53,645 nt of DNA from Pseudomonadota bacterium (GCA_023390955.1 JAEWBW010000123.1:1-53645), one strand, 5' to 3'; positions 28,591-37,873 are shown, numbered from the stretch's first letter. The notes: generated by a model from the sequence alone, not told the origin. Translations and numbers: made by a program.

Positions 28591-29076
28591 TTACTGGTTG
28601 GCGTTGGGGACGGTGTGGTCGGCCGCGCCGTAGGACTGGCGCCAGCGTTCGATGTCGTGACCGAGCTCGATGAGGCTCGAGAAGCGCTTGCCGTGCAGAA
28701 AGGCGCCGAGGTCACGGACAAGGGGCTCGGTGAGAGCCTTTGTCCGGGGCCTCGAGCCATAGACGATCGAAATGCGACGCTGCTCGGTCCAGGTCCGGAG
28801 CGCGTCGCGACCGTGACCCAAGTCGTGATCGATCCAGATCTCATCCGGCTTCCCCGAACGGTGGACGAGCCGCTCCAACGCGCCGACGACGTCTTCAGGC
28901 ATCGCGACCGACACGGTCACGCTCAGCGGAAGGCGCGCGTGGACGTCGATATCGGCCACCATCATCAGGAACGGCCGGCAGTCGAGATCGAGGGGCGCGA
29001 ATTCGATTGCCCATGCCCGGTTGTGGCAGGTTACCCCGCGGGCGGGCGACAGGAAGGGCGTGGTGTCGAACTTCAT
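28591..29076 (-). CDS. Stand-alone rve/integrase-core-like protein with no DNA-binding domain
   Basis: NRAWAIEF, GKPDEIWIDH, KALTEPL, IERWRQSY parallel the IS3/IS481 DDE core; first Asp is Glu. Confidence 0.6.
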   Translation of the reverse strand: MKFDTTPFLSPARGVTCHNRAWAIEFAPLDLDCRPFLMMVADIDVHARLPLSVTVSVAMPEDVVGALERLVHRSGKPDEIWIDHDLGHGRDALRTWTEQRRISIVYGSRPRTKALTEPLVRDLGAFLHGKRFSSLIELGHDIERWRQSYGAADHTVPNANQ

Positions 29077-29097
29077 CTTGAATTCCTTTCTTGGCTT

Positions 29098-31449
29098 CTA
29101 GGATTGGGAGATGAGCTTCTGGATCTCGGCCGCTTGCCTACCTCGCGGTCGGCCGAGCTTGATGTCGAAACGCTTCAGCGCATTCCAGACGGCGATCTTG
29201 CTCGTCTTCACGCCGCGTTCGGTGATCGCTTCGTAAATTTCCGCGAGCTTGACGGTGGGTCGTGCGGCGACGAGTTCTCGAAGAAAGTCTTCTTGGTCGT
29301 CGAGCTTCGAGCGAACGCCGTGCTTTCGTTCGGCGACGGCGCCGGTCTCGCGCCAGACCTCGCCCCAGCGCTTGGCCTTGCGGTAGGGCAGGCCCATCGC
29401 TTCGGCCGTGGCCTTCGGTCCGGCGCCGGCCGCGACCGCGGCGATGAACCGGGTGCGGGCGGTCTCGGGCGCTTCTGCGAGCGCTGCCTTCTTCTTCGCG
29501 GTCTCGTCGATGGCCGCCGTCAGCAGCGGCTCGACGGCCAGACGGAGATATCCGAAGTCGCGGTTCTCCTGCAGCGCGATGTCCGGATGGACGCCGTTGG
29601 ACCTCAGCCAGTTAGGCACGCTACGGGGGTGCATCCCGCTCCGGTGGCTGATTTCGGCGACGAAGATGTAGACGCCTGCGAGGGCGTGGACTTCCATGGT
29701 CGAGTAGGGCGTGAAGCCGGGGCCGCGCTGCAGCAGCAGCTCGGGCCTTGCGTGAGCCAGGCGCGAGACGAACGCTACGTTGACGTGCAGGATTTCGGCC
29801 GCGGTCGACTGCGCGATCCATTCAGGAGGTTTGCTGTCCTGGGGAGCATTGATCACGTGCTCGGACACGCCGGCGACGAACGCATCGACGTCCTCGACGG
29901 CGAGGCTGAAGCGGAGATTGCGGCTCTTGGTGCCCTTGTCGAGGATCTCGACGTCGCCGGCGACGATGGCTGAGATGATGGCCGCCCAGGGCGTCTCGCC
30001 GGGCCCGATCGAACGGGCAGCGTACGCGATCGAGTAGCATTTGTCGCGGGCGGGGCGAGCCTTCGACCAGATCTTGTCCATGAGCTCGTCGACCGACGAC
30101 TTGGTGTAGCCGCGATAGCCGGGCACCAGGCCGCGGACCGGCCCTTCCAGCCGGCGGATCAGGCCGCGGTCGACAAGGCTCGGCAGTACGGTGAGCGGAA
30201 GTCCGAGCCGGCCGGCGGTGGCGAGCTCGCTCAAGGCGTCCTTCATCTGGGCCAACAGGGGGATCACGTCCGAGACCTTCATGCGCACCGGCGACCGCAC
30301 ATGGGCGCGGACGACGGGGATGAGGCCGCTCTTGCAGAGGCGCCGCACGACGAAGGGGCGGATGCCGAGCGTCTCGGACAACGTCTCAATCGTCATCATC
30401 GACCGGTCGGCGTCCGCGCCCTTGCGCACCAGGTAGTCGTTGCGGCTCGTCGTCTGCATGGAGGCCCTGATCATGCCGCCGAGCAAGTCGCGGATCTTCG
30501 GTTCGATGTGCTTGTCGTAGGTGATGTAGGCGAGCGCCCCCAGCTCCTTGCGCCGCCCGAAAAACTGGGGCCGGGCATCCATGTCGGCGCGGTAGCGTTC
30601 GGAAAGAGCCGCAAAGCCGGCCTCCCCGCCGATGATGCCGCGGCCGGCGAGAGCGAGCATTTCGGGCGTCAGCGCCTCGAAGTGTTCGCTGGTCTTGCCG
30701 CGCCCCTGCGCGCTCTTCGCGCTGCGCGCCGGGTTCAGCGTCAGTCCGGATGCGAGCGCGACCACGGTCTCGAAAAGGTCGCCGTTCGAGAAGCCGCGCC
30801 AGGCTACCGGCAGCAGCCGGCGAGCGGCTTCCTTCTTGGTGAAATCCGGATCGACGAGTCCGACCACGAAGCCGTAGGCCTCTTCATCCTCGACAGACGA
30901 GACCGGCTGCGGGAAGTCGCGCAGATCGGCGTCGCACTTGTCGCAGAGGGTCGGCACGTCGGCGCGCAGCCAGCCGAGCTTGCGGTCGCACGCCGGGCAG
31001 ACGCCGAGCAGCTTCTCTTTGGTTTGGGGATCGAAGGCGAGGGGGCGGAGCTCCCAGAGCGCGCGGTGATACTGCGCGATCTCGAGGGCCCTCGGCGACG
31101 CCCTCCTGTACTTGGTTTCGCGGAAGTGAAGCCGGATCTGGGTGTCGAAGAAATCGATGGACTCGGAGCCCGAATGAGCGAACTCGCCGGTCGGGTACGT
31201 GCGCGAGAGGATGTCTTCGGGCTTGCACCCGATCAGGGTGGCGATACGCGAGATCTCGTCGGGGTCGGTCAGCGTCGTCGCGAGCGACACCGCGTTGGGC
31301 TTCGTGGCGTCCGCGATCTTCAGCAGCGTGGCGACGTTCCTGACGGCGGTAACCGACAGCGCGCGGCCGAGATAGCCGCGCAGACTCTCGTCGACGAAGG
31401 GCGTGCCGACGGTGGCGACGAACTTGCGGGGCGGAACGATGATCGTCAT
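29098..31449 (-). CDS. tniQ: TniQ/TnsD-family target selector, 783 aa, with multiple HTHs
   Basis: PFVDESLRGYLGR N-terminus; CPAC...CDKCDADL zinc ribbon; ATGA overlap with tnsC stop. Confidence 0.82.
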   Translation of the reverse strand: MTIIVPPRKFVATVGTPFVDESLRGYLGRALSVTAVRNVATLLKIADATKPNAVSLATTLTDPDEISRIATLIGCKPEDILSRTYPTGEFAHSGSESIDFFDTQIRLHFRETKYRRASPRALEIAQYHRALWELRPLAFDPQTKEKLLGVCPACDRKLGWLRADVPTLCDKCDADLRDFPQPVSSVEDEEAYGFVVGLVDPDFTKKEAARRLLPVAWRGFSNGDLFETVVALASGLTLNPARSAKSAQGRGKTSEHFEALTPEMLALAGRGIIGGEAGFAALSERYRADMDARPQFFGRRKELGALAYITYDKHIEPKIRDLLGGMIRASMQTTSRNDYLVRKGADADRSMMTIETLSETLGIRPFVVRRLCKSGLIPVVRAHVRSPVRMKVSDVIPLLAQMKDALSELATAGRLGLPLTVLPSLVDRGLIRRLEGPVRGLVPGYRGYTKSSVDELMDKIWSKARPARDKCYSIAYAARSIGPGETPWAAIISAIVAGDVEILDKGTKSRNLRFSLAVEDVDAFVAGVSEHVINAPQDSKPPEWIAQSTAAEILHVNVAFVSRLAHARPELLLQRGPGFTPYSTMEVHALAGVYIFVAEISHRSGMHPRSVPNWLRSNGVHPDIALQENRDFGYLRLAVEPLLTAAIDETAKKKAALAEAPETARTRFIAAVAAGAGPKATAEAMGLPYRKAKRWGEVWRETGAVAERKHGVRSKLDDQEDFLRELVAARPTVKLAEIYEAITERGVKTSKIAVWNALKRFDIKLGRPRGRQAAEIQKLISQS

Positions 31450-32513
31450 GCCCGCGCTTCCGGCTTGTCGTCGCCCTTGCGCTTCGCGTTGGCTACGGCT
31501 TCCGCCTTGAGGCGGCCGAGCGTCGCCTTGTGCGGCCCCTCCGCGAAGGGATCGAACAGGGGGCGCTCCAGGGTCGCGTTGAAGGCCCGGAACGCGGACT
31601 CGAAGTCCTTCCAGTCGATCGAGGTGCGGCCGCCGCGCAGCGTGCGCTCGAGCGCCATGCGGAGCACGCGGCAGGCGATGCCCGCGACTCCGTCGCACAT
31701 GTCGAAGATTTTGGCCCGGTCCTCCAGCGTGGAGACCCAGCCGAGCGGCTCGTCGACTACGCCGGCGTTCATCATCTCATCCTCGAGCTTCTGCAGGAAT
31801 CTGAAGAAGTACCGGCGGTCCGCCTCCTTCTTGATGTCGAAGGGCAGCAACGTCACGTCCTCGTCCGCGACCGTGCGGTTCTTGAGCTCGGACGAGCGGA
31901 AGAGGCCGCGCATCTCTTCGGTGCCGACCAGGACCACGCTGAAGATACCCTCGTTGACCATGGTCTTGAGCAGCATGGCCATGTTTTTGCCGGTCTTGCC
32001 GCCGTCGTACCGCAGCATCTCGTGCGCTTCGTCGATGACCAGCAAGACCGTGTGCTTCGTTCGTGCGGCGTTGTAGACTCCGCGCGCCACGACCTGTGCG
32101 TCGATCGGGCCGGATCCCGGCATGACAACCTTGGCGGCATCGCCGTACTGTTCGAGGATCACGCTGAGGAAAGCCCGCACGTTCTTCACGCCGCGCATGG
32201 TCACGAACAGCACCGGGATGTCGCCCGGCGGGAAGCGTTCGTCCGCGTTGATCTCGTCGATCACCTTGCTGATCGAGGTGGACTTCATCGCCCCGCTGGG
32301 GCCGACGATCGGGAGGACCCAGAGCTCCCGCATCTTGAATGGCCGCCCCTTGGCGGCCTCGCGACGGGCCTCGTTGGCGGCGACCACGCCGGCGGTGTCG
32401 GCGAGCAGCCAGAGCATCTTGTCCCGGATCTTGCCGAGCCGGGGGTGCTGGATCAGGATTTCGTCGAAACGGCGCATCCGTTCGATGCCGTCCTGGAAGT
32501 TCTTGTTCGTCAT
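31446..32513 (-). CDS. tnsC: TnsC/TniB AAA+ ATPase
   Basis: IQHPR, Walker A variant GPSGAMKS, IPVLFV, Walker B LLVIDEAH, VVLVGT; RBS AAGGAG before ATG 32513. Confidence 0.85.
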   Translation of the reverse strand: MTNKNFQDGIERMRRFDEILIQHPRLGKIRDKMLWLLADTAGVVAANEARREAAKGRPFKMRELWVLPIVGPSGAMKSTSISKVIDEINADERFPPGDIPVLFVTMRGVKNVRAFLSVILEQYGDAAKVVMPGSGPIDAQVVARGVYNAARTKHTVLLVIDEAHEMLRYDGGKTGKNMAMLLKTMVNEGIFSVVLVGTEEMRGLFRSSELKNRTVADEDVTLLPFDIKKEADRRYFFRFLQKLEDEMMNAGVVDEPLGWVSTLEDRAKIFDMCDGVAGIACRVLRMALERTLRGGRTSIDWKDFESAFRAFNATLERPLFDPFAEGPHKATLGRLKAEAVANAKRKGDDKPEARA

Positions 32514-32530
32514 GTCGTGGACTCCTTTCG

Positions 32531-33112
32531 TCACTTGCCCTTGCGGGTAGGAAGGCGCCTGGCGTGGCGCGGAGACTGCCGGTTCTCGCGGACAGCCGGT
32601 CGGGCGGCGAACTCTTGCCAGTGCTGCCGCAGGAGCTCGCGGGCTTCCGACCGTTCCTCGTCCGTGTTGAAGACGAGGTCGTGCTTCTTCGCGAATTCAC
32701 GGATGGCGACATGATCTGCGAACGAGAGCCGCTCGCCCGTCACGTCGCCACCGATCGGGAGCGTGACCCAGTGGGGGCCTGGGCGCGCGGCTCGATTCCA
32801 GACGCTGATTCTGGAGGCGTCGGACGGGTCCCAGTTGATGGTTACCTTTGCGCGGGCGCCGGATTTGCTGTCGAAGCGCGAGATATCGTCCAGTAGCATC
32901 TCGGTGACGGACTGCTGGTGGTATTGCATTCCCTTGAACCGGATGCCCGAGCGGGTGAGCACGGCCGTGTTGAAGCGACCCCGGTCGGCATCGAGGTCGA
33001 CTTCGCCGCGGATCGGGCCTGCCGCGTATTCGGGCGCCTGCTCGGCGGTGTCTCGCTTGCCACGGATGAAGCGGCGCAGCCGCTCGATGCAAGTGCGGAT
33101 GAAATTCTTCAT
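32531..33112 (-). CDS. Stand-alone paralogue of the TnsB C-terminal beta-barrel region
   Basis: GIRFKGMQYH...LLDD...WDPSDASRISVWNR...WVTLP...IREF...LRQHW aligns by eye with TnsB GIKFKNMRWH...LLDD...WNPADASAISVWNR...WVTVP...IREF...LRKHW. Confidence 0.82.
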   Translation of the reverse strand: MKNFIRTCIERLRRFIRGKRDTAEQAPEYAAGPIRGEVDLDADRGRFNTAVLTRSGIRFKGMQYHQQSVTEMLLDDISRFDSKSGARAKVTINWDPSDASRISVWNRAARPGPHWVTLPIGGDVTGERLSFADHVAIREFAKKHDLVFNTDEERSEARELLRQHWQEFAARPAVRENRQSPRHARRLPTRKGK

Positions 33113-33129
33113 GTCTTGGGTTCCTTCTG

Positions 33130-35505
33130 TTACCAGCCTTCGTCGTCTTCGCTTTTGTCGTCGGGTGCGGTGGCGGGGGCGTCGGCGATCTCGTCCCAGC
33201 CCTCGTCGTCGCCCGTGTCGTCGCCCCTGATCGGACTGCCGCGAGCGTCGGGCTCGCCGGTCGGATCGCCGCGGCGCTGCTTGACGTAGGCTTCGTGTTC
33301 GGCTTGCTCGTTCTCGGCCTTCTTGCGCTTCTTCGTGCGCTGCCCCTTCGCGACCGAGGCCTTACTGGGCGTGCGTCCCTTGTGGGGCTCGTTGTCGCGA
33401 TCGAGGAGCTCCGCGGCGAGCTGGTCGGGCACGCTCTCCGGCTCGGCCTTGTTGAGGCCGGCGGTAGAGGCCTCGACCTCGACGTCGTGGATGTCGTCGA
33501 GACCGATCTCGATGGGTTCGTTGACCGTGGCGTCGTCGAACTGCCCGAGCTCCCAGGCCAGTCCGCGGCGGGCCTGGCGGGTCTGGCGCATGGGCATCTG
33601 CCCGGCGAGCGTTTCCCAGTGCTTGCGCAGCCTGTTGTGCGCCTCCCAGTGATCGTCTTCGGGGCTGAATTCGAGATCCTTCTCCTTGGAGAATTCACGG
33701 ATCCGGTCGAGATGCCAGAAGGTCAGACCCTTCAAGGCCTCGGCGTTGACGTTCGGCACCGTCACCCAGCAAGGCTTTGGCTCAGCGCCGCGATTCCAGA
33801 CGCTGATGGCCGAGGCGTCGGCGGGATTCCACTTCACGACGACGCGGGCGCGCGACTGGCCGAAGGTCCGTGGATCCTGCGAGCGCTTTTTCTCGAACCG
33901 GACGAGATCGTCGAGCAGCGCCGAGGTCGCGATCTCGTCGTGCCAGCGCATGTTCTTAAACTTGATACCGTTGCCGGAGATGCTGGCGGTGGCGACGCGG
34001 CCGAGGACGTGGTCGAGGGCGCCTACGTCCTTGATCCAGCGGCGGCGCTGGATCGCGAGCCCTTCCTGCCAGATGCGGGCGGGAATGGCGCCGATGCCGT
34101 CGTGCCGGCTGTAGTTGTAGAGATCGATGAATTCGTGGATCAGCTCGTTGAGGTCCTCGAGCGTGATCAGCGCGTCCTTCGCCGGGTTGAGTCCAACCTG
34201 GCGCATGACGTAGACGTTATAGCGGACGGCGCCTGCGAGCTTGTGGATCAGGCCCTGATTGATAGTCAGGAATGGCCTTTCGCCGATGGACTTGTACTGG
34301 GGCGTTGACGCGGGCGCGTAGTGGACCTCGGTGCCGAGATTGGACATCGAATGTTGGAACGAGGGCGACTGGTGGGCCCAGTCGCGGTCCAGCAAAATCT
34401 CCGTCGGGCAACCCCATCCATCCCAGGGTCTCTTGATCTGCGGGTAGAGCTTCTGGACGTATCCCTTGTGTCGGTTGACCCGCTTCAGCGTCGCCAGCAC
34501 GCTATACAAGCTCGGCGGCTCGAACGTGATGAAGAAGCCCAACACCATACGCGAGTAGACGTCGATGCAGAGGGTGAGGTAGGGCCGCCCGAGCGGCAAC
34601 AAGAGCCTGCTGTCGAGCACGTGGACGTCGAGTGGCGTGGTGTCGATGATGGCGAGCTCGAGCGGCCGCTCCGCGGTGATGTGCTCGCGGTGCCCGTGCA
34701 TCTTCCGCCAGGCTTCGCTTCGGGTGGTCTTGCGGGCCCAGTTGTCGAAGGTCAGGGCCTTGTCGATGCGGCGCCGGAGCACCTCCGGTTTCGGATACTT
34801 GAGCCGTTCCTCCTCGCTTCGGTTCTTGTTGAGTTTCTTGATCGCTTCGCGGAGTTCGCCGTAGGCGTCGTCGTAGCCGCGCCCGCGGGTACTGTAGAAG
34901 TAGTCGATGGCCTTCAGGATCTCGGCCTCGACCTCGTCGGCGAGCCGGCGCGGCGAGTTCTTGCCGCGGTTGTCTCTGAAGGCCTCGAGCGGCCGTGCGC
35001 CGGCACGTCCGCAATGCTTGATGCAGTGGCGAAGACGCGCGACCTTCACTCGCCACGGATCGGTCTTGCCCTCTGGTATGTCTTCCGTTTCGTAACCGAG
35101 GCCCCGAACCGTATTGCGCCAGCGGTTGATGAGGCTTTGTAAGCCTTCGTCGCCGAGAGAGCCGTTGCCCTCTTCGTCCCATTTCCTGGTGTAGAATTGT
35201 CGGGCGAGCGCCTTGCGGCCCTCGGCCGTGAGCTTGGCCTGCTTGGGGTCATCGGACTCCGTCCAGAGCTCGTCAGGACCGAACTCGCGGAGCTCGATCG
35301 GGTTGCCGTCCTTGTCCTGCTCGATCAGCCGGATCTGACGCAACGCGTGCATCTCGCAGAACTTGTGCTCTGGCAGCTTCACCTCGTCGCCGCCGATCTC
35401 CGTACGGAAGACGAGCACGTTGAAGGCCATCCAGCGGTCGAAGCGGCAGAGCCCCTTCGTCGGGTGCTGGATCAAGTCGCCTTTCTTGATGTCGAGCGAG
35501 GACAT
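33130..35505 (-). CDS. tnsB: TnsB DDE transposase (Mu/Tn7 family)
   Basis: IIDTT (D), GRPYLTLCIDVYSR, ILLDRD (D), KSIGERPF (E), YN..RH.GIG..P...W. Confidence 0.92.
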   Translation of the reverse strand: MSSLDIKKGDLIQHPTKGLCRFDRWMAFNVLVFRTEIGGDEVKLPEHKFCEMHALRQIRLIEQDKDGNPIELREFGPDELWTESDDPKQAKLTAEGRKALARQFYTRKWDEEGNGSLGDEGLQSLINRWRNTVRGLGYETEDIPEGKTDPWRVKVARLRHCIKHCGRAGARPLEAFRDNRGKNSPRRLADEVEAEILKAIDYFYSTRGRGYDDAYGELREAIKKLNKNRSEEERLKYPKPEVLRRRIDKALTFDNWARKTTRSEAWRKMHGHREHITAERPLELAIIDTTPLDVHVLDSRLLLPLGRPYLTLCIDVYSRMVLGFFITFEPPSLYSVLATLKRVNRHKGYVQKLYPQIKRPWDGWGCPTEILLDRDWAHQSPSFQHSMSNLGTEVHYAPASTPQYKSIGERPFLTINQGLIHKLAGAVRYNVYVMRQVGLNPAKDALITLEDLNELIHEFIDLYNYSRHDGIGAIPARIWQEGLAIQRRRWIKDVGALDHVLGRVATASISGNGIKFKNMRWHDEIATSALLDDLVRFEKKRSQDPRTFGQSRARVVVKWNPADASAISVWNRGAEPKPCWVTVPNVNAEALKGLTFWHLDRIREFSKEKDLEFSPEDDHWEAHNRLRKHWETLAGQMPMRQTRQARRGLAWELGQFDDATVNEPIEIGLDDIHDVEVEASTAGLNKAEPESVPDQLAAELLDRDNEPHKGRTPSKASVAKGQRTKKRKKAENEQAEHEAYVKQRRGDPTGEPDARGSPIRGDDTGDDEGWDEIADAPATAPDDKSEDDEGW

Positions 35506-35507
35506 GG

Positions 35508-35750
35508 TCAGGACTCCGGATCGTCATGAGCGAAGGCGCGGATCTCGATCGGATTGCCTTCGGCGTCCTGCTCGATCATCCGGATCCGTCGGCGCGCGTG
35601 CAGCTCGTCGAACTTGTGCTCCGGCAGCTTGATCACCTGGCCGCTCGCCACCGTCACGAAGACCATGATGTCGAAGGAGATCCAGCGGTCGAAGCGGATG
35701 AGTCCCGCCTCGAAATGCTGGAACAGTGCGCCCCTCTTGATCTCGAGCAT
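35508..35750 (-). CDS. 80-aa stand-alone paralogue of the TnsB N-terminal domain
   Basis: MLEIKRGALFQH...RFDRW...KLPEHKF...IEQD.GNPIE aligns without gaps to the TnsB N-terminus; RBS GGAG. Confidence 0.82.
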   Translation of the reverse strand: MLEIKRGALFQHFEAGLIRFDRWISFDIMVFVTVASGQVIKLPEHKFDELHARRRIRMIEQDAEGNPIEIRAFAHDDPES

Positions 35751-36034
35751 TGCAGGGTCTCCCCGGACTGCGGATCCTGAGCGTCGGCGTCGATGCCGAC
35801 GGCGGCCCGTGCCTGCTGCAGGGAGGCGGAATGGAATTCGCGCGACCGGTCGATCAGGGTTTCTGCGGGGCGGCCCCCGTCGTCCCAAGGACCGGCGTGC
35901 TGGATGGCCTGCTGCAGCGAGAGCGTGACGCTGTTGACGCCGGGCGGCTCGAAGTGGACGTGGTGGCCGACGATCATCCGGGTTTCGACGTCGACGCACA
36001 CGGTGAAGGTCGGACGGGAGATGTGCTTGGGCAT
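35654..36034 (-). CDS. Stand-alone paralogue of part of the TnsB catalytic core (incomplete DDE)
   Basis: RPTFTVCVDVETRMIVG...FEPP...PWDDGGRPAETLIDR vs TnsB RPYLTLCIDVYSRMVLG...FEPP...PWDGWGCPTEILLDR; RBS TAAGGAG; 3' end overlaps the next gene. Confidence 0.72.
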   Translation of the reverse strand: MPKHISRPTFTVCVDVETRMIVGHHVHFEPPGVNSVTLSLQQAIQHAGPWDDGGRPAETLIDRSREFHSASLQQARAAVGIDADAQDPQSGETLQCSRSRGAHCSSISRRDSSASTAGSPSTSWSS

Positions 36035-36045
36035 TCGCGGACTCC

Positions 36046-36780
36046 TTATTGGCCGAGCTGAATGGCGGCGCTTTCGGTCAGCGTGACCGGCGTCTGCTGC
36101 GTGATGCGGCGGTTGATGTCGACGCGGACGTGGCGGCGGACGATCAGCGCGCGCAGGCGCGCGAGGCCGTTCGGACTCCACTCGTCGTCGGTGCGGCTGA
36201 GCGTGGCGACGGCTTCGCCCCAGGCCATGGTGCCGCCGGTGCCCCGGAACGCCTCGCCGAGCCTGAGGTAGTCCTCCGCCGAGACGGTGGCGAACCGGTC
36301 CATCCGGATCAGACGCGCGTTCGCGAGGCGGTGGCCTTCGGCGAGGTACTTTTCCGCGGTGACGATGCGGAATTTCCAGCCGCGGATTTTGCAGGTCTGG
36401 CTGGCGAGCCAGAGCTTGAACGCGTAGTCGCGGTCGCGCGTGGTTTCGGCCTCGTTCTTCTTGACCTCGACGATCTCGATCGCGGTGCCGGCGAGGACGC
36501 GCTCGACGTCGGGGAAATAGATGAGCGTGCGACCGTCGCTCATCCGAAACTCCATGCGCATCGGCTGCGTCATGAACTTGCGGACAGTCCAGTCGGCCTC
36601 GCAGACCCAGAGGAAGTGGCGTTCTGGGATGCCCTCCCACGGCAGCGGGATGCCGGCCTTGAGCGATGGGAAGTCGCCGGTGGGCATCTTCCGCACCGCC
36701 TGGATGACGGTCCTGATCGGGCCGCCGCCCTTGGCGCGCACGATCCGGACGGCTTCGAGTTGGGGATGCTTCTGCGACAT
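36046..36780 (-). CDS. tnsA: TnsA endonuclease
   Basis: GDFPSLK, WE..PE, TQP, YFPD, IVEVK (PD-(D/E)xK), IVT, RLANA, VDINRRI. Confidence 0.85.
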   Translation of the reverse strand: MSQKHPQLEAVRIVRAKGGGPIRTVIQAVRKMPTGDFPSLKAGIPLPWEGIPERHFLWVCEADWTVRKFMTQPMRMEFRMSDGRTLIYFPDVERVLAGTAIEIVEVKKNEAETTRDRDYAFKLWLASQTCKIRGWKFRIVTAEKYLAEGHRLANARLIRMDRFATVSAEDYLRLGEAFRGTGGTMAWGEAVATLSRTDDEWSPNGLARLRALIVRRHVRVDINRRITQQTPVTLTESAAIQLGQ

Positions 36781-36985
36781 GGCTGCTGCGGACCGGCCGG
36801 CCCCGAGCAAGACTCCGCCGTTCGCCAGGAATGGGATTCCGGCGGTCGGGGTGAATTGCGGGGATCTGAGAGAAATCGGGGGCGCGCAGACTTGCCTTTC
36901 CCGCGCCGAGCTGCTCGACTGCGGGCCTCAGTGAGGTGGTCTGCGCGCCCTTGGGTTCTCCCAGTGCGGCTTACCCCTGACGAAG

Positions 36986-37016
36986 GGCGGCCCCGTTGGC
37001 GCGGGGTCGCCTTTTT
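36986..37016 (+). terminator. Intrinsic terminator, antisense to the tns operon
   Basis: GGCGGCCCCG-TTGGCG-CGGGGTCGCC followed by TTTTT. Confidence 0.65.
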
Positions 37017-37451
37017 CGTTTGGGCCCGGTGGGGTGGTCCGTCTTCCTTTCGGTTGGGGCCCTGGTTGCGTCTACGGGCGCGACCATGACGATCGCGCTT
37101 TTCGGAGTCGAGTCGGTTTCGGGCGGCTTAAGAGCTGCGAACCGCCCGTTTCGGGTTGCTCCGGACCCGGTTCAGGGCGGGTCGGGGCAATTCCGACGGC
37201 GCCGCGGCGCCGGCCGAAGCCGGGATCCGGCCCGCAGGATTTCAAGGATTCGACTGCCGGGAGTCGTCGTCGCGGAATTTTCGCTCCGCGGCCTCGAATC
37301 GAAAATCGCGGAATTCGAGTCCTTGAAATATTGCCCACCGAGTCCGGTCGGTCTGCGCCGTCGCCGGGCGCCCCGCCGCGGCGGTCTCAGCGGCCGGTTT
37401 TTCGACCCCTCGGAACGTGCCGTTGACCCTCCAGAGGAGGCCTGCGATTGC

Positions 37452-37460
37452 TGTGGATAA
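37452..37460 (-). promoter_or_regulatory. Single consensus DnaA box
   Basis: TGTGGATAA equals TTATCCACA on the minus strand; may be chance. Confidence 0.35.
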
Positions 37461-37606
37461 CCGCGGGAAAACCCGCTTGACGTTCCGGATCTGGGCGCCG
37501 TGGCGGCCGGAATCGTCGTCCGCACGCTCGGACCGAGCGTCAGGATTGCCCTGTCGGTTGGACGGAGGTCGAATGGCTTGGAATACATCTCGCTCTCCCG
37601 GACCTC

Positions 37607-37873
37607 CTAGAGCTCGACCCAATCGGCGACCATCGCGGCTTCGCAGGCGCGCTGCAGAAGGGCCCAGACGCGCTGCCTGCGCGCATGGGCGAGGACCTCG
37701 AATTCGGCCAGGCCGGCCGGCTCCCCGGTCAGAGGGTTGGCCGTTTGCATGGCGATCACGTGATAATCACTGATATCGGACAGGCCGCTGACGTTTCCGA
37801 TATGCATCGTCCCGATCGGCCGGCGTAGTGCGCTGCTGCCTCCCGGCCATAGTTCGACTGTCACGACGAGCAC
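37607..37873 (-). CDS. Small hypothetical protein, 88 aa
   Basis: GTG start with GGGAG upstream; MLVVTVELWPGG...IGTMHIGNVSGLSDISDY. Confidence 0.65.
   Translation of the reverse strand: MLVVTVELWPGGSSALRRPIGTMHIGNVSGLSDISDYHVIAMQTANPLTGEPAGLAEFEVLAHARRQRVWALLQRACEAAMVADWVEL

Noticed and set aside
29098..29460. Independent IS630 insertion
   Set aside because: HTH region is in frame with tniQ; no IS630 catalytic ORF or terminal repeats found
31450..31698. N-terminal extension of the 866-aa ORF and similar extensions (36640, 28459, 20709)
   Set aside because: They overlap upstream genes; downstream starts with RBS or ATGA coupling fit better
37100..37125. Second transposon end upstream of tnsA
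   Set aside because: Only one imperfect repeat and no terminal ACA followed by CGAAG
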